DNA from: Candidatus Bruticola sp.
Lineage (GTDB): Bacteria > Vulcanimicrobiota > Xenobia > Xenobiales > Xenobiaceae
DNA length: 64,000 bases
NCBI GenBank assembly: GCA_051874735.1
Contig: JBJEGD010000002.1
Coordinates: 67,721-131,720 of the forward strand
Direction: 5' to 3'
Position numbers and translations under genes: made by a program. Numbering within the stretch: position 1 is the first letter of the stretch; each line of letters begins with the position of its first letter. Below, piece after piece: positions 8,921-20,811 of this stretch. Under the pieces are notes generated by a model. That model was given only the letters and a program-made list of their open reading frames with translations. It was not told the DNA's origin and made no database searches.

Positions 8921-9532
8921 TCAATCGTTTTTGCCATCTTGTATCCGCTGCAGCGATTCAAGAATGCGGTGACACTCCTGCTCTAAATTAGAATATATGC
9001 GTTTAGCATAATCATCAGCGTCATCGCAGACGTCTTTACTGTAAGCGTTGGCCTCATGCCGCACTTTGTCAGCAGTAGTAGTGGCTGATTCACGAACCTT
9101 AGCCGCCTCAGCTTCAGCCTCATGTACAAGACGATTGGCTTTTTCTTCGGCCTCATGTATGAGACGATTGGCTTTTTCTTTAGTCTCTTTAAGAATGCGT
9201 TCCGATTCATCTTGAGCTTGAATGACTACTTGGCTCTCTTGCACCATCTCATAAGCTTCAGCTTTAGCAGTCCGCATCGTTTCTCTAGCTCTGTCTTCGG
9301 CTTCTCTAATTGTCTTCTGAGCTTCTTTGACAGCCTCTTCTTTTATCTGGTCAGCTCTGCCAACAATATCCTTAGCCTGCATAATTTCTTCAGGTAAATT
9401 TGATCTGGCTTCAGTTATAAGTTTTAGAAAAGCCTCTTTATTGATTACAGAGCAGTTGGCCCATACTAAAGGAAGAGGCTTGCTGTCCTCAACAATTTTT
9501 TCTAAGCGAGTTAAAATTTTATATATATCCAT
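8921..9532 (-). CDS. Charged coiled-coil protein of unknown function. Contains an internal 11-aa tandem duplication.
   Basis: Highly charged heptad-like composition. KANRLIHEAEE followed directly by KANRLVHEAEA, encoded by a 33-bp tandem duplication around 9118..9183. Confidence 0.5.
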   Translation of the reverse strand: MDIYKILTRLEKIVEDSKPLPLVWANCSVINKEAFLKLITEARSNLPEEIMQAKDIVGRADQIKEEAVKEAQKTIREAEDRARETMRTAKAEAYEMVQESQVVIQAQDESERILKETKEKANRLIHEAEEKANRLVHEAEAEAAKVRESATTTADKVRHEANAYSKDVCDDADDYAKRIYSNLEQECHRILESLQRIQDGKND

Positions 9533-9583
9533 ATATATTTAACCCTCCGTAACTACTCTATATAGCAATTAACTATCAAAAAA

Positions 9584-10084
9584 CTAATGTAGCTGATTAA
9601 ATTTCGCAGCTAAATATCTACTAACTGCAGCAGGAACCATACGGGAGATATCTCCTCCTAAAGAGGCTATCTCGCGCACGCAGCTAGAACTTACAAAAAT
9701 GTGCTCAGGAGAGCTAATAAAAAAGATCGTGTCAATTTCAGGGGCTAGCTGCCTATTAATTAAAGCCATCTTGAATTCAGCGGCGAAATCGGAACCATCC
9801 CGTAAGCCGCGAACAATGAAAGATGCTTGGCTATGACGCACAAAATCGATCAGTAAACCGGAAAAAGTATCTACTTTAACATTATCCCAAGCTGCGACAC
9901 TCAAACTAATCATCTCTTTTCTCTGTTCTAAACTAAAGAGAGGATTTTTGTTAGGATTGCAGACCACCGCTACGATCAGTTCATCTACCGAACGGGCAGC
10001 TCTGCCTATAATATCAAGATGACCGTTAGTGAGAGGATCAAAACTGCCAGCATAAACAGCCCGCCGCACTTTTAAATTATTCAT
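9584..10084 (-). CDS. coaD: Phosphopantetheine adenylyltransferase.
   Basis: AVYAGSFDPLTNGHLDII matches the PPAT GSFDPxTxGHxD signature. Length 166 aa. Confidence 0.85.
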   Translation of the reverse strand: MNNLKVRRAVYAGSFDPLTNGHLDIIGRAARSVDELIVAVVCNPNKNPLFSLEQRKEMISLSVAAWDNVKVDTFSGLLIDFVRHSQASFIVRGLRDGSDFAAEFKMALINRQLAPEIDTIFFISSPEHIFVSSSCVREIASLGGDISRMVPAAVSRYLAAKFNQLH

Positions 10085-10093
10085 ATTGTAGAA

Positions 10094-11545
10094 CTAAAGA
10101 TTAACTTCTCCACTAAGTAAAGTTCCAGCAGGTATAAATGTTTCTACTGAAGCTGTAACTTTTACTTCTCCCTGACAAGCTACACCTTGTCCGAAAACAA
10201 CTGGCCCATCGATTTCAAGCGAAGAACACTGTTTCAAACTGGGCATACCTGCAGGGAACATGTGCGCCAAATCTTCCAAAGTCACGATTTCACTTGGCAG
10301 AGATATAAGGGGAGGCTTAAAGTTATCTTGAACACAGTGTATAGAATAATTTTCATCTACATAAAATAAATCTGAACGCACAATCATTAAATCGCCGAGT
10401 CCTTTAACAGGCACAAAACGACTGCGCGGCACCTCAACGGCCTGAGCATTGAGCCACGAAGAAATAATCGAACCGCACGCTGTTTCAATTTGATAAACTT
10501 TGCAAGCTTTTCCAAAACTGTCGCAAAGCATTTTAGTGTTGCAGATAACTGGTAAATCGAGCAAACCACCGTGCGAAACAATAAGTTTATACAAAGCTTC
10601 AGCATCAAACCACAAGTTGTTCGTATTGAAATAGCAATATTTATTAATATCGGCGAAATACTCACGTTCCTCGGGACTGCACATAGAAGATTCGCGAAGC
10701 ACAAATGCTCCGTAAACGTCGCGGGCTAAATGACCACCTTTGCGATCAGCGGCACAGCGCCGTGAAACTTCCATAACCATCGGACATCCTTGAGCGGCCA
10801 TCCACTCAGGAATGCGCATATCTAAGCTAGCCCCCAGGTTATCTATATTAGAGACAAAAATATACTTAATGCCACGAGACAAAAGCTCAACTAAAAGACC
10901 ACTGACAAATAAGGAAAGATAAAGATCTCCGTGACCAGGTGGACACCATTCGTCCTTAGGATTAGACGCAGAAACATATGGAAGCAAATCAGCCGCCGCT
11001 ACTCTAGGAACCTTAGACTGGATAATTTCTACAGCAACAGGCTGTTCCAATAATCCCAGATAACTCGTTACACTCTTCATGGTTTGAGCACTGGTATTGA
11101 AACTGTTCATTAAAATTAAGGGCAAAGACCACTGTCCCAAAGACTTGCGTAAATTTAGGATCTGACGAACTGTCAGATCGAGAAATGAATACTGGCCGTG
11201 CGCTTTTATCAGCGACTTAGGGCCTCCTTCCATTCCCATAGTAGTTGCCAAACCGCCGTTGAGCTTAATAATAGCGCATTTTTTCAACAGCTCGCTGCGC
11301 TTTGACTCGGTGAGAACGGGAAAATCTACAAGAGAAGGCAGATTGCCAACAGGAGCAATATCTTTCTCTTTAATAAAACATCCATTGCCGCTGAAAGCTT
11401 TCATGCAGTTGCGCCTAAAGGCCTCCGTCTGGAGATCTGAGACTCCGGCACCTCTCATCTTAAGAGCAAAAGGCATAAAATTCAGGGTCACGGCAGAATT
11501 CTCACTTTCTACAAAATAATTTTCACAAACGCAACTAGCCAGCAC
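10094..11545 (-). CDS. UTP--glucose-1-phosphate uridylyltransferase of the eukaryotic-type UGPase / UDP-sugar pyrophosphorylase family.
   Basis: LNGGLATTMGMEGGPKSLI matches the eukaryotic UGPase LNGGLGTSMG nucleotide-binding loop. Size 483 aa. Confidence 0.6.
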   Translation of the reverse strand: MLASCVCENYFVESENSAVTLNFMPFALKMRGAGVSDLQTEAFRRNCMKAFSGNGCFIKEKDIAPVGNLPSLVDFPVLTESKRSELLKKCAIIKLNGGLATTMGMEGGPKSLIKAHGQYSFLDLTVRQILNLRKSLGQWSLPLILMNSFNTSAQTMKSVTSYLGLLEQPVAVEIIQSKVPRVAAADLLPYVSASNPKDEWCPPGHGDLYLSLFVSGLLVELLSRGIKYIFVSNIDNLGASLDMRIPEWMAAQGCPMVMEVSRRCAADRKGGHLARDVYGAFVLRESSMCSPEEREYFADINKYCYFNTNNLWFDAEALYKLIVSHGGLLDLPVICNTKMLCDSFGKACKVYQIETACGSIISSWLNAQAVEVPRSRFVPVKGLGDLMIVRSDLFYVDENYSIHCVQDNFKPPLISLPSEIVTLEDLAHMFPAGMPSLKQCSSLEIDGPVVFGQGVACQGEVKVTASVETFIPAGTLLSGEVNL

Positions 11546-13352
11546 TATGCGCTATTTTAAGATAGGTAGAATCAAATGAATCCATTAAGGCTATCTGTTC
11601 TCGATAACGTTCCAAAATAATTTTGCGACGCAGCTTCAAAGTAGGCGTCAGTTCACCGCTCTGAATAGTAAAAGGCTTAGTTAGCAAAGCTATTCGCTGC
11701 ACGCGTTCATGTTTAGCTACATCGCTGAGCAAATCATCGATCGCAGATTTTACGAAACTAATTATCTCAGGATAACCTACCAAATCTTCTCTGGACTCAA
11801 AATTGAGACCAATTTTTTTAGCATACTCTTCGAGTTTAGAAAAGTTTGGCACTAACAATGCTCCCACCCAAGAACGCCCTTCACCAATAACGGCAGCTTG
11901 TTCAATAAGCGGAGAAAGAGCCAAACGCGATTCCAAATACTGCGGAGCTACATATTTGCCCGTGGAAGTTCGGATCATATCTTTAATACGATCTGTAATA
12001 CACAAATATCCATTAGGAGCGAAATTGCCGACATCTCCAGTGCGGAAGAAACCGTCTTCAGTGAAAGAATTTTTCGTTTCTTCTGGTTTTTTATAGTAAC
12101 CAACCATGACGCTGTCGCCGCGCACCTGAATTTCGTTATCCTGCCCTAAACGTATTTCAATACCTTCCATAGGCAAACCGACCATACCAGGAATACTTCT
12201 TCCTAAGGGAGTGGAAGATATAGTGGCCGTAGTCTCAGTCATACCATAACCATTATTAATAAAAATACCGCAAGCCCGGAAAAACTCATGGACAGAAGCC
12301 GTAAGAGAAGCGCTGCCTACAACTAAATGTTTAATGTGATCGCCGAAAACATGACGAACCTTAGAAAAGACTAGCTTATCAGCGATTTTATTGCGCATGC
12401 GCAGCCATAATCCAGGGGTGCGTCCCTCTATAAGTTCTTTTTGATACTGACAGCCGATACGCACACATTTATTTACAATACTCTGCATGGCCTTAGAACG
12501 TTGAGAAAATTTTTCATAAACAGCCGTATAAATTTTCTCCAAAATACGCGGCACCACACAGATAACTGAAGGCGCAGCATAAGGCAACAGACGTATAATT
12601 TCAGGAGAAGGTTTGCAATAATAATAGGTCATGCCCCAAGAGTACTGAACAGCTGACCAACCGCGTTCAAAAATATGGCTCAAAGGCAGCATACAGAAAG
12701 AGCGGTCTTGATCGGTCAAATCGGGCAGACGATCGCGATGGCGCATAATTTGATACACGATATTGCCATGAGTGAGCATAGCCCCGCGCACAGCCCCAGT
12801 CGTACCCGAAGTATACACAATGGTCCAAAGATCGGAGGCTTTTGTTTCCTTAACTTTACTAGACCAATCGGACCGCGTTTCCACATTGATAAAGTCGGCA
12901 TATTTCTGGCAGCGAGGATGCTCTCCCTCAATAATTACTACATGTCCGGTATCAGAAACACATTCAAAGAGTAAGTCCGCCAGCTCCGCATTGCCTACAA
13001 AAGTAATTTTTGGAACTGTTTCAGTAAATATTTGCTGGACGGCCTCAGATGAACAAGTCGCATGTATAGCCACCGTAACAGCTTTAGCACTCATACAGCC
13101 ATAATCTATCTCTGTCCATTGAGGACAGTTAGGAGCATAAATAGCGACCAGATCGCCATCAGCTAAACCAAAATTTAGAACTGCAGAAGCGACTTTGCTA
13201 ATATTATCTAGGAACTGACTCCAAGAAATTTTTTCCCAGTGATCACCTAGATACACCTCATAGGCAGTACGTTTTTGGTATTTTTCGGCGTTAGCGATAA
13301 TGCCGCTCATAAATGGAGCGTAACTCAATTTATCTTCTCCTAAACCACGCAA
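11535..13352 (-). CDS. Long-chain fatty acid--CoA ligase (AMP-binding / ANL superfamily).
   Basis: AMP-binding motif YTSGTTGAVRGAMLTHGNI. 605 aa. Overlaps the downstream UGPase-like gene by 11 nt, so probably an operon. Confidence 0.8.
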   Translation of the reverse strand: MRGLGEDKLSYAPFMSGIIANAEKYQKRTAYEVYLGDHWEKISWSQFLDNISKVASAVLNFGLADGDLVAIYAPNCPQWTEIDYGCMSAKAVTVAIHATCSSEAVQQIFTETVPKITFVGNAELADLLFECVSDTGHVVIIEGEHPRCQKYADFINVETRSDWSSKVKETKASDLWTIVYTSGTTGAVRGAMLTHGNIVYQIMRHRDRLPDLTDQDRSFCMLPLSHIFERGWSAVQYSWGMTYYYCKPSPEIIRLLPYAAPSVICVVPRILEKIYTAVYEKFSQRSKAMQSIVNKCVRIGCQYQKELIEGRTPGLWLRMRNKIADKLVFSKVRHVFGDHIKHLVVGSASLTASVHEFFRACGIFINNGYGMTETTATISSTPLGRSIPGMVGLPMEGIEIRLGQDNEIQVRGDSVMVGYYKKPEETKNSFTEDGFFRTGDVGNFAPNGYLCITDRIKDMIRTSTGKYVAPQYLESRLALSPLIEQAAVIGEGRSWVGALLVPNFSKLEEYAKKIGLNFESREDLVGYPEIISFVKSAIDDLLSDVAKHERVQRIALLTKPFTIQSGELTPTLKLRRKIILERYREQIALMDSFDSTYLKIAHSAG

Positions 13353-13436
13353 GCTGTCAAAGGAACAAAGTTTAACCCGCCCAGAGCGACCCCTGCGACA
13401 ACTTTTACCTTTTGAAACAAGAGCTCAAAACAATCT

Positions 13437-13970
13437 TTATTTTTCAGCAACTTCCGGAAGCTGAACTTCAGGATACATATTAGCTAGTTCTACTTTATCT
13501 TCGTGAATTTTATTTTCGTAATCGGCAGCTTTTTGGGAGAGTTCCTGAGAGTTTTTCTGCAACTCAGACCAGGCTTCTGCATCTAGAGGCTGATCGGGAC
13601 GGTAATTTGTTAAGAACTTGCTAAAAGCCTTGCAATGTTCCAAACGGTTGGTAAGAGCCCCCTTATAATGCAGACTTATGTTTTTGCAAGACTGAGGACA
13701 ATCAGTTTTGCTCATAAAGTCGAGCGTTTCTTGCAAGCGCTTAGCCTGATTTTGCAAAACAGAGGCCAATTCTTGACACTGTTCAGCACTCAGTTCCGCA
13801 CCTGCTTTAGAAGTTAATCTGCTAATCTCGTAAGCATCAGCTTCTATTCTGCGCTCATAGATAATCATTTGGGAGACGTATAAATTAGCAGTTTGCCCTT
13901 CAGACATACCACAAGCCCAGCAGGACAAAGCTACCGCGCCTAATGCCAACCAAACTTTGAAGTTCTTCAT
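13437..13970 (-). CDS. Putative lipoprotein or secreted Cys-containing protein of unknown function.
   Basis: Signal peptide with lipobox-like ALSCWACG. No recognisable domain. Confidence 0.45.
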   Translation of the reverse strand: MKNFKVWLALGAVALSCWACGMSEGQTANLYVSQMIIYERRIEADAYEISRLTSKAGAELSAEQCQELASVLQNQAKRLQETLDFMSKTDCPQSCKNISLHYKGALTNRLEHCKAFSKFLTNYRPDQPLDAEAWSELQKNSQELSQKAADYENKIHEDKVELANMYPEVQLPEVAEK

Positions 13971-14146
13971 AATAAAAAAAGCCTAATAAATTTCATGAGT
14001 AAACGCTCTTTAAAAACTCAGCGAATCTGAGTACAGAGAGCGAACGGACGTTAGCTTCTAGAAAAATTAAACTAAAGCCTTTTTTTGCTTTAATTACCCT
14101 TTTGCATATGTAGAAAAAAAGGACGATTAATTATATTCAATAGCGC

Positions 14147-14188
14147 AAATAAAAAGGTGCGAGAGAAAGCGCAGCCCTCTCTCGCACC
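14147..14188 (-). terminator. Rho-independent terminator downstream of groEL: 11-bp perfect stem ggtgcgagaga/tctctcgcacc with a U-tract on the minus strand.
   Basis: Inverted repeat 14156..14166 and 14178..14188. A-tract 14147..14155 on plus equals the T-tract on minus. Confidence 0.7.
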
Positions 14189-14279
14189 TCTCATATGAGC
14201 AGGCAGAACCGGCATAGTCCAAATTTATCTAGAACTCGCTTCTCCCCCCCCTAACCGTCCGACCACTCATATATCGAAT

Positions 14280-16019
<1,740 letters not shown>

Positions 16020-16176
16020 TTAAAACTGACAGAGCTAGCTATTTTCCGTCCTACCTCCCCCCCACTATAGAACTCAACTATAAACTTTCGTCAGCTAATC
16101 GGCCGAACTAATTCTCCCCCTGAATTTTTCACGGCCACCTTCAGTTTAGCCGACGCACTTAGCAGCTCTTAAACTT

Positions 16177-16470
16177 TTAGGCAAAAATGCCCATAATTTC
16201 GCGCTGGTCTACAATTACGTACTCTTCACCGTCGAGTTTAATTTCGGTACCGGAGTATTTACCCAGCAAAACGATTTGGCCGACTTCCACATCCATATGG
16301 TTGCGCTTGCCGTTATCAAGAAGCTTACCGGAGCCCACGGCCATAACTTCGCATTTCATTGGCTTTTCCTGAGCGCTTTCAGGAATGTAGATGCCGCCAG
16401 CAGTTTTCTGCTCAGAAGCAAGGCGCTTCACCACAACGCGATCACCTAACGGTTTAATAGTCAAAGCCAT
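16177..16470 (-). CDS. groES: Co-chaperonin GroES (Hsp10). The ORF-track entry extends upstream; the true start is at MALTIKPLGDRVVV, preceded by GGAGG.
   Basis: IKPLGDRVVVKR...GGIYIPESAQEKP is canonical GroES. A GGAGG Shine-Dalgarno sits 6 nt upstream of the ATG at 16470. Confidence 0.9.
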   Translation of the reverse strand: MALTIKPLGDRVVVKRLASEQKTAGGIYIPESAQEKPMKCEVMAVGSGKLLDNGKRNHMDVEVGQIVLLGKYSGTEIKLDGEEYVIVDQREIMGIFA

Positions 16471-16716
16471 TTTCAACCTCCAAAAAGTCTGTACCCGCTC
16501 CTTTAACTTAGTAGGGCCAAGAAGAGAGCCGACTTTACTATATTCACTAAAGGCCCTTGCTTTCATAGGGCCATAAATCTTTCGAACGACGAGTTATTAC
16601 GAACCCCACAGGGCCTTCCCCTGCCAAAAAAATTAGCCTATCTGTTAGATATATATTAGATTTTACCTAGAGACACATGTACCGGAAAGTTCCTTATTTG
16701 GTTGTGTAATACAAGG

Positions 16717-18264
16717 CTACAAGTGATACAATTCGGTATACTTGCGCTCGAGGTAATCCACAAAAGGTGCAGCTTCTAACTCTTTACCCAGCGCCCGTTT
16801 AAGTAATTCAGCTGGATATAAACGCTGACCATATACGTAAATATGATCATGCAACCACTGGCGGATCAGCCCTAACTTTCCACAGCGCAGAATCTCATCA
16901 GTATCTCCCAAGTCGAGCTTTAAAGCCTGCCAAGTTTGCGCTCCAATAAGATTACCCAAGGCATAAGCGGGGAAATATCCAAACAATCCTGAGGACCAAT
17001 GTACATCCTGCAGGCAACCTTCACTGTCGGTAAACGGCACGATTCCCAAATAATCCGACATAGCGCTATTCCATGCTTCAGGCAAATCTTTGGCTTTTAA
17101 GCTTCCTTCAATCAAAGCCTTTTCTAATTCAAAACGCAGCATAACATGTAAGCTGTAAGTGACTTCATCGGCTTCAGTACGAATAAAAGAAGGAGTTACA
17201 CAGTTGATGGCTTGGTAAAATTCATCGAGATTTGTTCCGGAAGTCTGGGCGGGGAAATAGGCCTGGAAAATTGGGAAATAGTACTCCCAAAAAGCGCGAC
17301 TGCGGCCGATAATATTTTCCCAAAGACGAGATTCACTCTCATGGACAGCCATGCTAGCTCCCCCTTCGAGAGGGGTATGAGTCCATTCTGCTGGTGAGCC
17401 CTGCTCATACAAAGCGTGGCCTGTTTCGTGTAAAGCTGTAAATAAAGCTTTCGTTACAACATTTTCACTAAAATTGTTAGTTACACGCACATCGCGAGTA
17501 GAAAAAGAGCAGCAGAAAGGATGAATAACCTCATCGACTTTGCCGCGCGTCCAGTCGTAGCCCATATCGCACATCAAACGATGACAGAAGCGGCGCTGCA
17601 TATCTACAGGATATAAGCGGTTGACTATCCCCATCTTAGGCGGATCGGCTTGGGCAATGCGTTTTACCAAGCTGATCAGATGGCCACGCAATTCCCCAAA
17701 GACCCGGCTAACTTGAGAGGCGGTAAGCCCCGGTTCATAGATATCGAGCAAAGCATCGTAAGGGTGTTCTGCTCCCCCTAGAGCCTCAGCTTTGGCGCGG
17801 CATAATTCTATAACTCTCTCTAAAGGACCGCAGAAAGAATCAAAATCGTTATTCTGCCTAGCTTTCATCCAGGCACTTTGAGCCTTAGAGCAGGCCGCAG
17901 TCAGCTCTGCAGCTACCGATGCAGGCACCTTAGTATCTTTATCGGCACTCCGTCTAAGTCGACGCAATAAATCAGCCTTCACACTAAAATTAGACAAACT
18001 GTAAGGAGACGTCTCCAGCTGAGCCTCTCCCTGTCTTTTTTCTTCCTCAAACTCTGCCTCAGCTTCATGAAGAGCCGTAAGATATTCTGCAGAAACTGAA
18101 AGTTTATGGGCTAATTCGGACACGACAGCCATTTGCTCAGCTCTGGCCTCATCTGCGCCAACAGGCATGCCCGTTTCTAAATCCCAGGTTAACAGCTCTA
18201 AAATTTCATTTAAGCAGTTAATTTCTTTAACTTTTTTCAGTAAACTTTCGTATGCCTTACCCAT
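16717..18264 (-). CDS. M32-family metallocarboxypeptidase (carboxypeptidase Taq-like).
   Basis: HEXXH zinc site HETGHALYEQG in an M32-like context. 515 aa. Confidence 0.75.
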   Translation of the reverse strand: MGKAYESLLKKVKEINCLNEILELLTWDLETGMPVGADEARAEQMAVVSELAHKLSVSAEYLTALHEAEAEFEEEKRQGEAQLETSPYSLSNFSVKADLLRRLRRSADKDTKVPASVAAELTAACSKAQSAWMKARQNNDFDSFCGPLERVIELCRAKAEALGGAEHPYDALLDIYEPGLTASQVSRVFGELRGHLISLVKRIAQADPPKMGIVNRLYPVDMQRRFCHRLMCDMGYDWTRGKVDEVIHPFCCSFSTRDVRVTNNFSENVVTKALFTALHETGHALYEQGSPAEWTHTPLEGGASMAVHESESRLWENIIGRSRAFWEYYFPIFQAYFPAQTSGTNLDEFYQAINCVTPSFIRTEADEVTYSLHVMLRFELEKALIEGSLKAKDLPEAWNSAMSDYLGIVPFTDSEGCLQDVHWSSGLFGYFPAYALGNLIGAQTWQALKLDLGDTDEILRCGKLGLIRQWLHDHIYVYGQRLYPAELLKRALGKELEAAPFVDYLERKYTELYHL

Positions 18265-18492
18265 AATTGTATCCTCTCTGTAGCAGCCTGATACCAGCCA
18301 GCTTAATTGCCGCTTATTCTGTAAAGCTCAGCTCTACGCCTTAATTTAATCACAGCTTAGATGCAGAAAAAGCTGTTCATGAAGCGGAAGTACGACTAGA
18401 ATTTTTACCCACAGTCCCCCCGTCTTGCCTCCTTTGTGGTGAGTTTTTCTGCTTTCTGCTAGTTATTACGCCTAAATCATTACTAAAAATTA

Positions 18493-20811
18493 TTATTTTT
18501 GCCTTCTTTTAATAGAATCAGACGGCAGCAAAAGAGGGAATTGCCCCAAAAGAGCTTCCAACTTACTGATATAGTAAGCTGTATTCTCATCGGGATTATC
18601 TTTACAATAGAGCTTCAGCTCCTTGGCATTTTCAAAAATACGCACGTTCTTTTTAGTTCCGGTAATATAATACTGCACCGCTTGGCCAGCTCCGAAGCTA
18701 TGGGCCGATTTTAAAGCTACTTCATAGGCGGCAGCCCGATTGCGGCTGCTCTTGGCAATTTTTTTCAAATAATTTTCCAAAGAATCGTTGAGGATTTCCG
18801 TTTTACTAAGTAAGTTGATAGAGATTTCATGATGGCAGATTTTATCTTTTAAGCAGTTAATATAATCGGAAGCCTCGCCTTCACGTCCCTGCAGTACCAA
18901 ACCTACCACATGCTGCAAAGCTAAACGCAGGTAAGGTTCACGAGCGCGGGAGCGAAAAGTGGCGCCGCTAAATGAAAATTTCCCTTTTTCATCTAAAAGT
19001 ACGTAATTCTTAGTAGTATGCGAGTACATCGAAGGATAAAAGCCGTCTAGTTCTACGTTAATTCCTTCAGGGAGGTTCTCATTTACTAACTGAGCAATAC
19101 GGCCGCGGTAGTTTTCAGAATTGTCCTCCTCATTGGGAGGAGCCTGAAAATATACTCCGTCAGTATCATATTCAATAACTCGGCAATTCATCGATGTCAG
19201 CTGCTTAATAATGTCTGATAGAATCTCCCTTCCCAATCCAGTCACTCGGGCAGCCATAGCAAAATCGGCAAAGTTGCCTTGTGAAAAACCTAAATAACCA
19301 TAAAAAGAATTAATCAATATTTTGAAAATACTCTGCAAAGCATCATAAAAACGAACTCGCTCCAGATCAGAATCGGCTCTTTCTCTTTCTAAACGCATCA
19401 GCTTTTTAGCTTGCAGCCTGAAACTCCTCAGCTTGGCCAATAAGTTCAAAAATAAACCCAGCTCATCAGTTTGTGGTCCTAACCTGTAACTTAGCATTAT
19501 AGACGGGTAAAGAGACTGCACATCACAGTGGTAAACATTGTGTACTATACCTTCCACTTCCTGACCGGCAGCAGCTCCAGTATACTCGCAAGCCATCGGC
19601 TTATCAGGGATACTGACGCCGCAGTTTAAATAATGGCGCAAAAACAGACTGTTAATTTTGGTGGCGGTACCGCGCAGAATAGTATTTTGCAGCGAATAGG
19701 GAAAAAATTGCGCCTGCAAGTAGAAAGGATACAACAGCGCACCGCTAACGCGTTCTAAAATTTCACCTCTGAAAGCAGCCTGCTCGGCGTCTGAAGTGAA
19801 ACTCAAATTTTCTTCTCCCAGGACTCCTAACGATTGAGCAGTTTCCGCTAATGAAAAAGTTTCCAATTCTCGGAAAGTTACATCGCGCAGACGAGCCAAC
19901 ATAAGCGTATCAACTAATTCACGCCCCCACAGCTCCCAATAAATATAATCGTATCGTTTACCAGCGATAGTAGTGTAAGTTTTGCGCCCTTTAGGTTCTT
20001 CGTGCACTCCCTTAGGCAGCTTCCTCGAAGAATTTTGGCCTTTGTTTCCAGGGAAATCGCGGCCTAACATTAGCTTAACCTTACAAGCTTTAGCTCTGGC
20101 CTGCAAATAGGGAAGAATCTCATCGTATAGACCGTGGCCTTCGATAATATCTGGGTTCCAGGCCTTTACCGTAGCAGTAAAATCTTGCAGTAAGGCGGAC
20201 TCATTTTGACAATAATCAGTTAAATTCAAAATTTTTTCTTGACCGCTAGATAAACGCAAGCATATGGAACTTATCGGTTTCTCTGTGAACAGATGCAAAT
20301 TTTCACAGCCTTCGCCAGTAACGCATACAGTTATGCCCACACGTAGAGCTTCATTAAAAGGTAAACCGTTAAAAAGACAGAAGCCGACTTTAGTCAAATA
20401 CAAGTTTGTTAAATCGCTGCTAAAAATTTGCGCTGCATTGCCTAAATTTTTTTTAATTTCTTTGCTCAGAAGGGAAAGTTCCTCAAAATTATTGGCAGAA
20501 ACGATGCTGTTAAAGTATCCGTTCCCTTGAAGTTTTACACTATCGTAAGACCCGAACTCACTAAATTTTATTACCTCATTCCAATTAGTATAATGAAGCC
20601 ATAAATAAGGACGGAAAGGCTCCGCGGTTACCTTAATAGGCTCGCTTTCATACAGAGGATCGTCGAGCTGACGCCGCTGCCAAATGTAAGCTTCACCACC
20701 TGCTGACGCAGCGCACACAACCCGCGAACGCGGATAGGCCCCCCAAAGTTCAGGACAGCTGCCGTCAGTTAGAATGTTCACTGAAGAAATGCGCATCTGA
20801 TCCGCTTTCAT
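18493..20811 (-). CDS. polB: Family-B DNA polymerase, Pol II-like.
   Basis: Motif A DVQSLYPSIM. Motif B KILINSFYGYLG (E. coli Pol II KIIMNAFYGVLG). Motif C YDTDGV. 772 aa vs 783 aa for E. coli Pol II. Confidence 0.75.
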   Translation of the reverse strand: MKADQMRISSVNILTDGSCPELWGAYPRSRVVCAASAGGEAYIWQRRQLDDPLYESEPIKVTAEPFRPYLWLHYTNWNEVIKFSEFGSYDSVKLQGNGYFNSIVSANNFEELSLLSKEIKKNLGNAAQIFSSDLTNLYLTKVGFCLFNGLPFNEALRVGITVCVTGEGCENLHLFTEKPISSICLRLSSGQEKILNLTDYCQNESALLQDFTATVKAWNPDIIEGHGLYDEILPYLQARAKACKVKLMLGRDFPGNKGQNSSRKLPKGVHEEPKGRKTYTTIAGKRYDYIYWELWGRELVDTLMLARLRDVTFRELETFSLAETAQSLGVLGEENLSFTSDAEQAAFRGEILERVSGALLYPFYLQAQFFPYSLQNTILRGTATKINSLFLRHYLNCGVSIPDKPMACEYTGAAAGQEVEGIVHNVYHCDVQSLYPSIMLSYRLGPQTDELGLFLNLLAKLRSFRLQAKKLMRLERERADSDLERVRFYDALQSIFKILINSFYGYLGFSQGNFADFAMAARVTGLGREILSDIIKQLTSMNCRVIEYDTDGVYFQAPPNEEDNSENYRGRIAQLVNENLPEGINVELDGFYPSMYSHTTKNYVLLDEKGKFSFSGATFRSRAREPYLRLALQHVVGLVLQGREGEASDYINCLKDKICHHEISINLLSKTEILNDSLENYLKKIAKSSRNRAAAYEVALKSAHSFGAGQAVQYYITGTKKNVRIFENAKELKLYCKDNPDENTAYYISKLEALLGQFPLLLPSDSIKRRQK

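Noticed and set aside
16471-16716. Looked for a CIRCE/HrcA operator (TTAGCACTC-N9-GAGTGCTAA) upstream of groES.
   Set aside because: No match by eye. Only short GGCC-type palindromes are present. Not reported as a feature.
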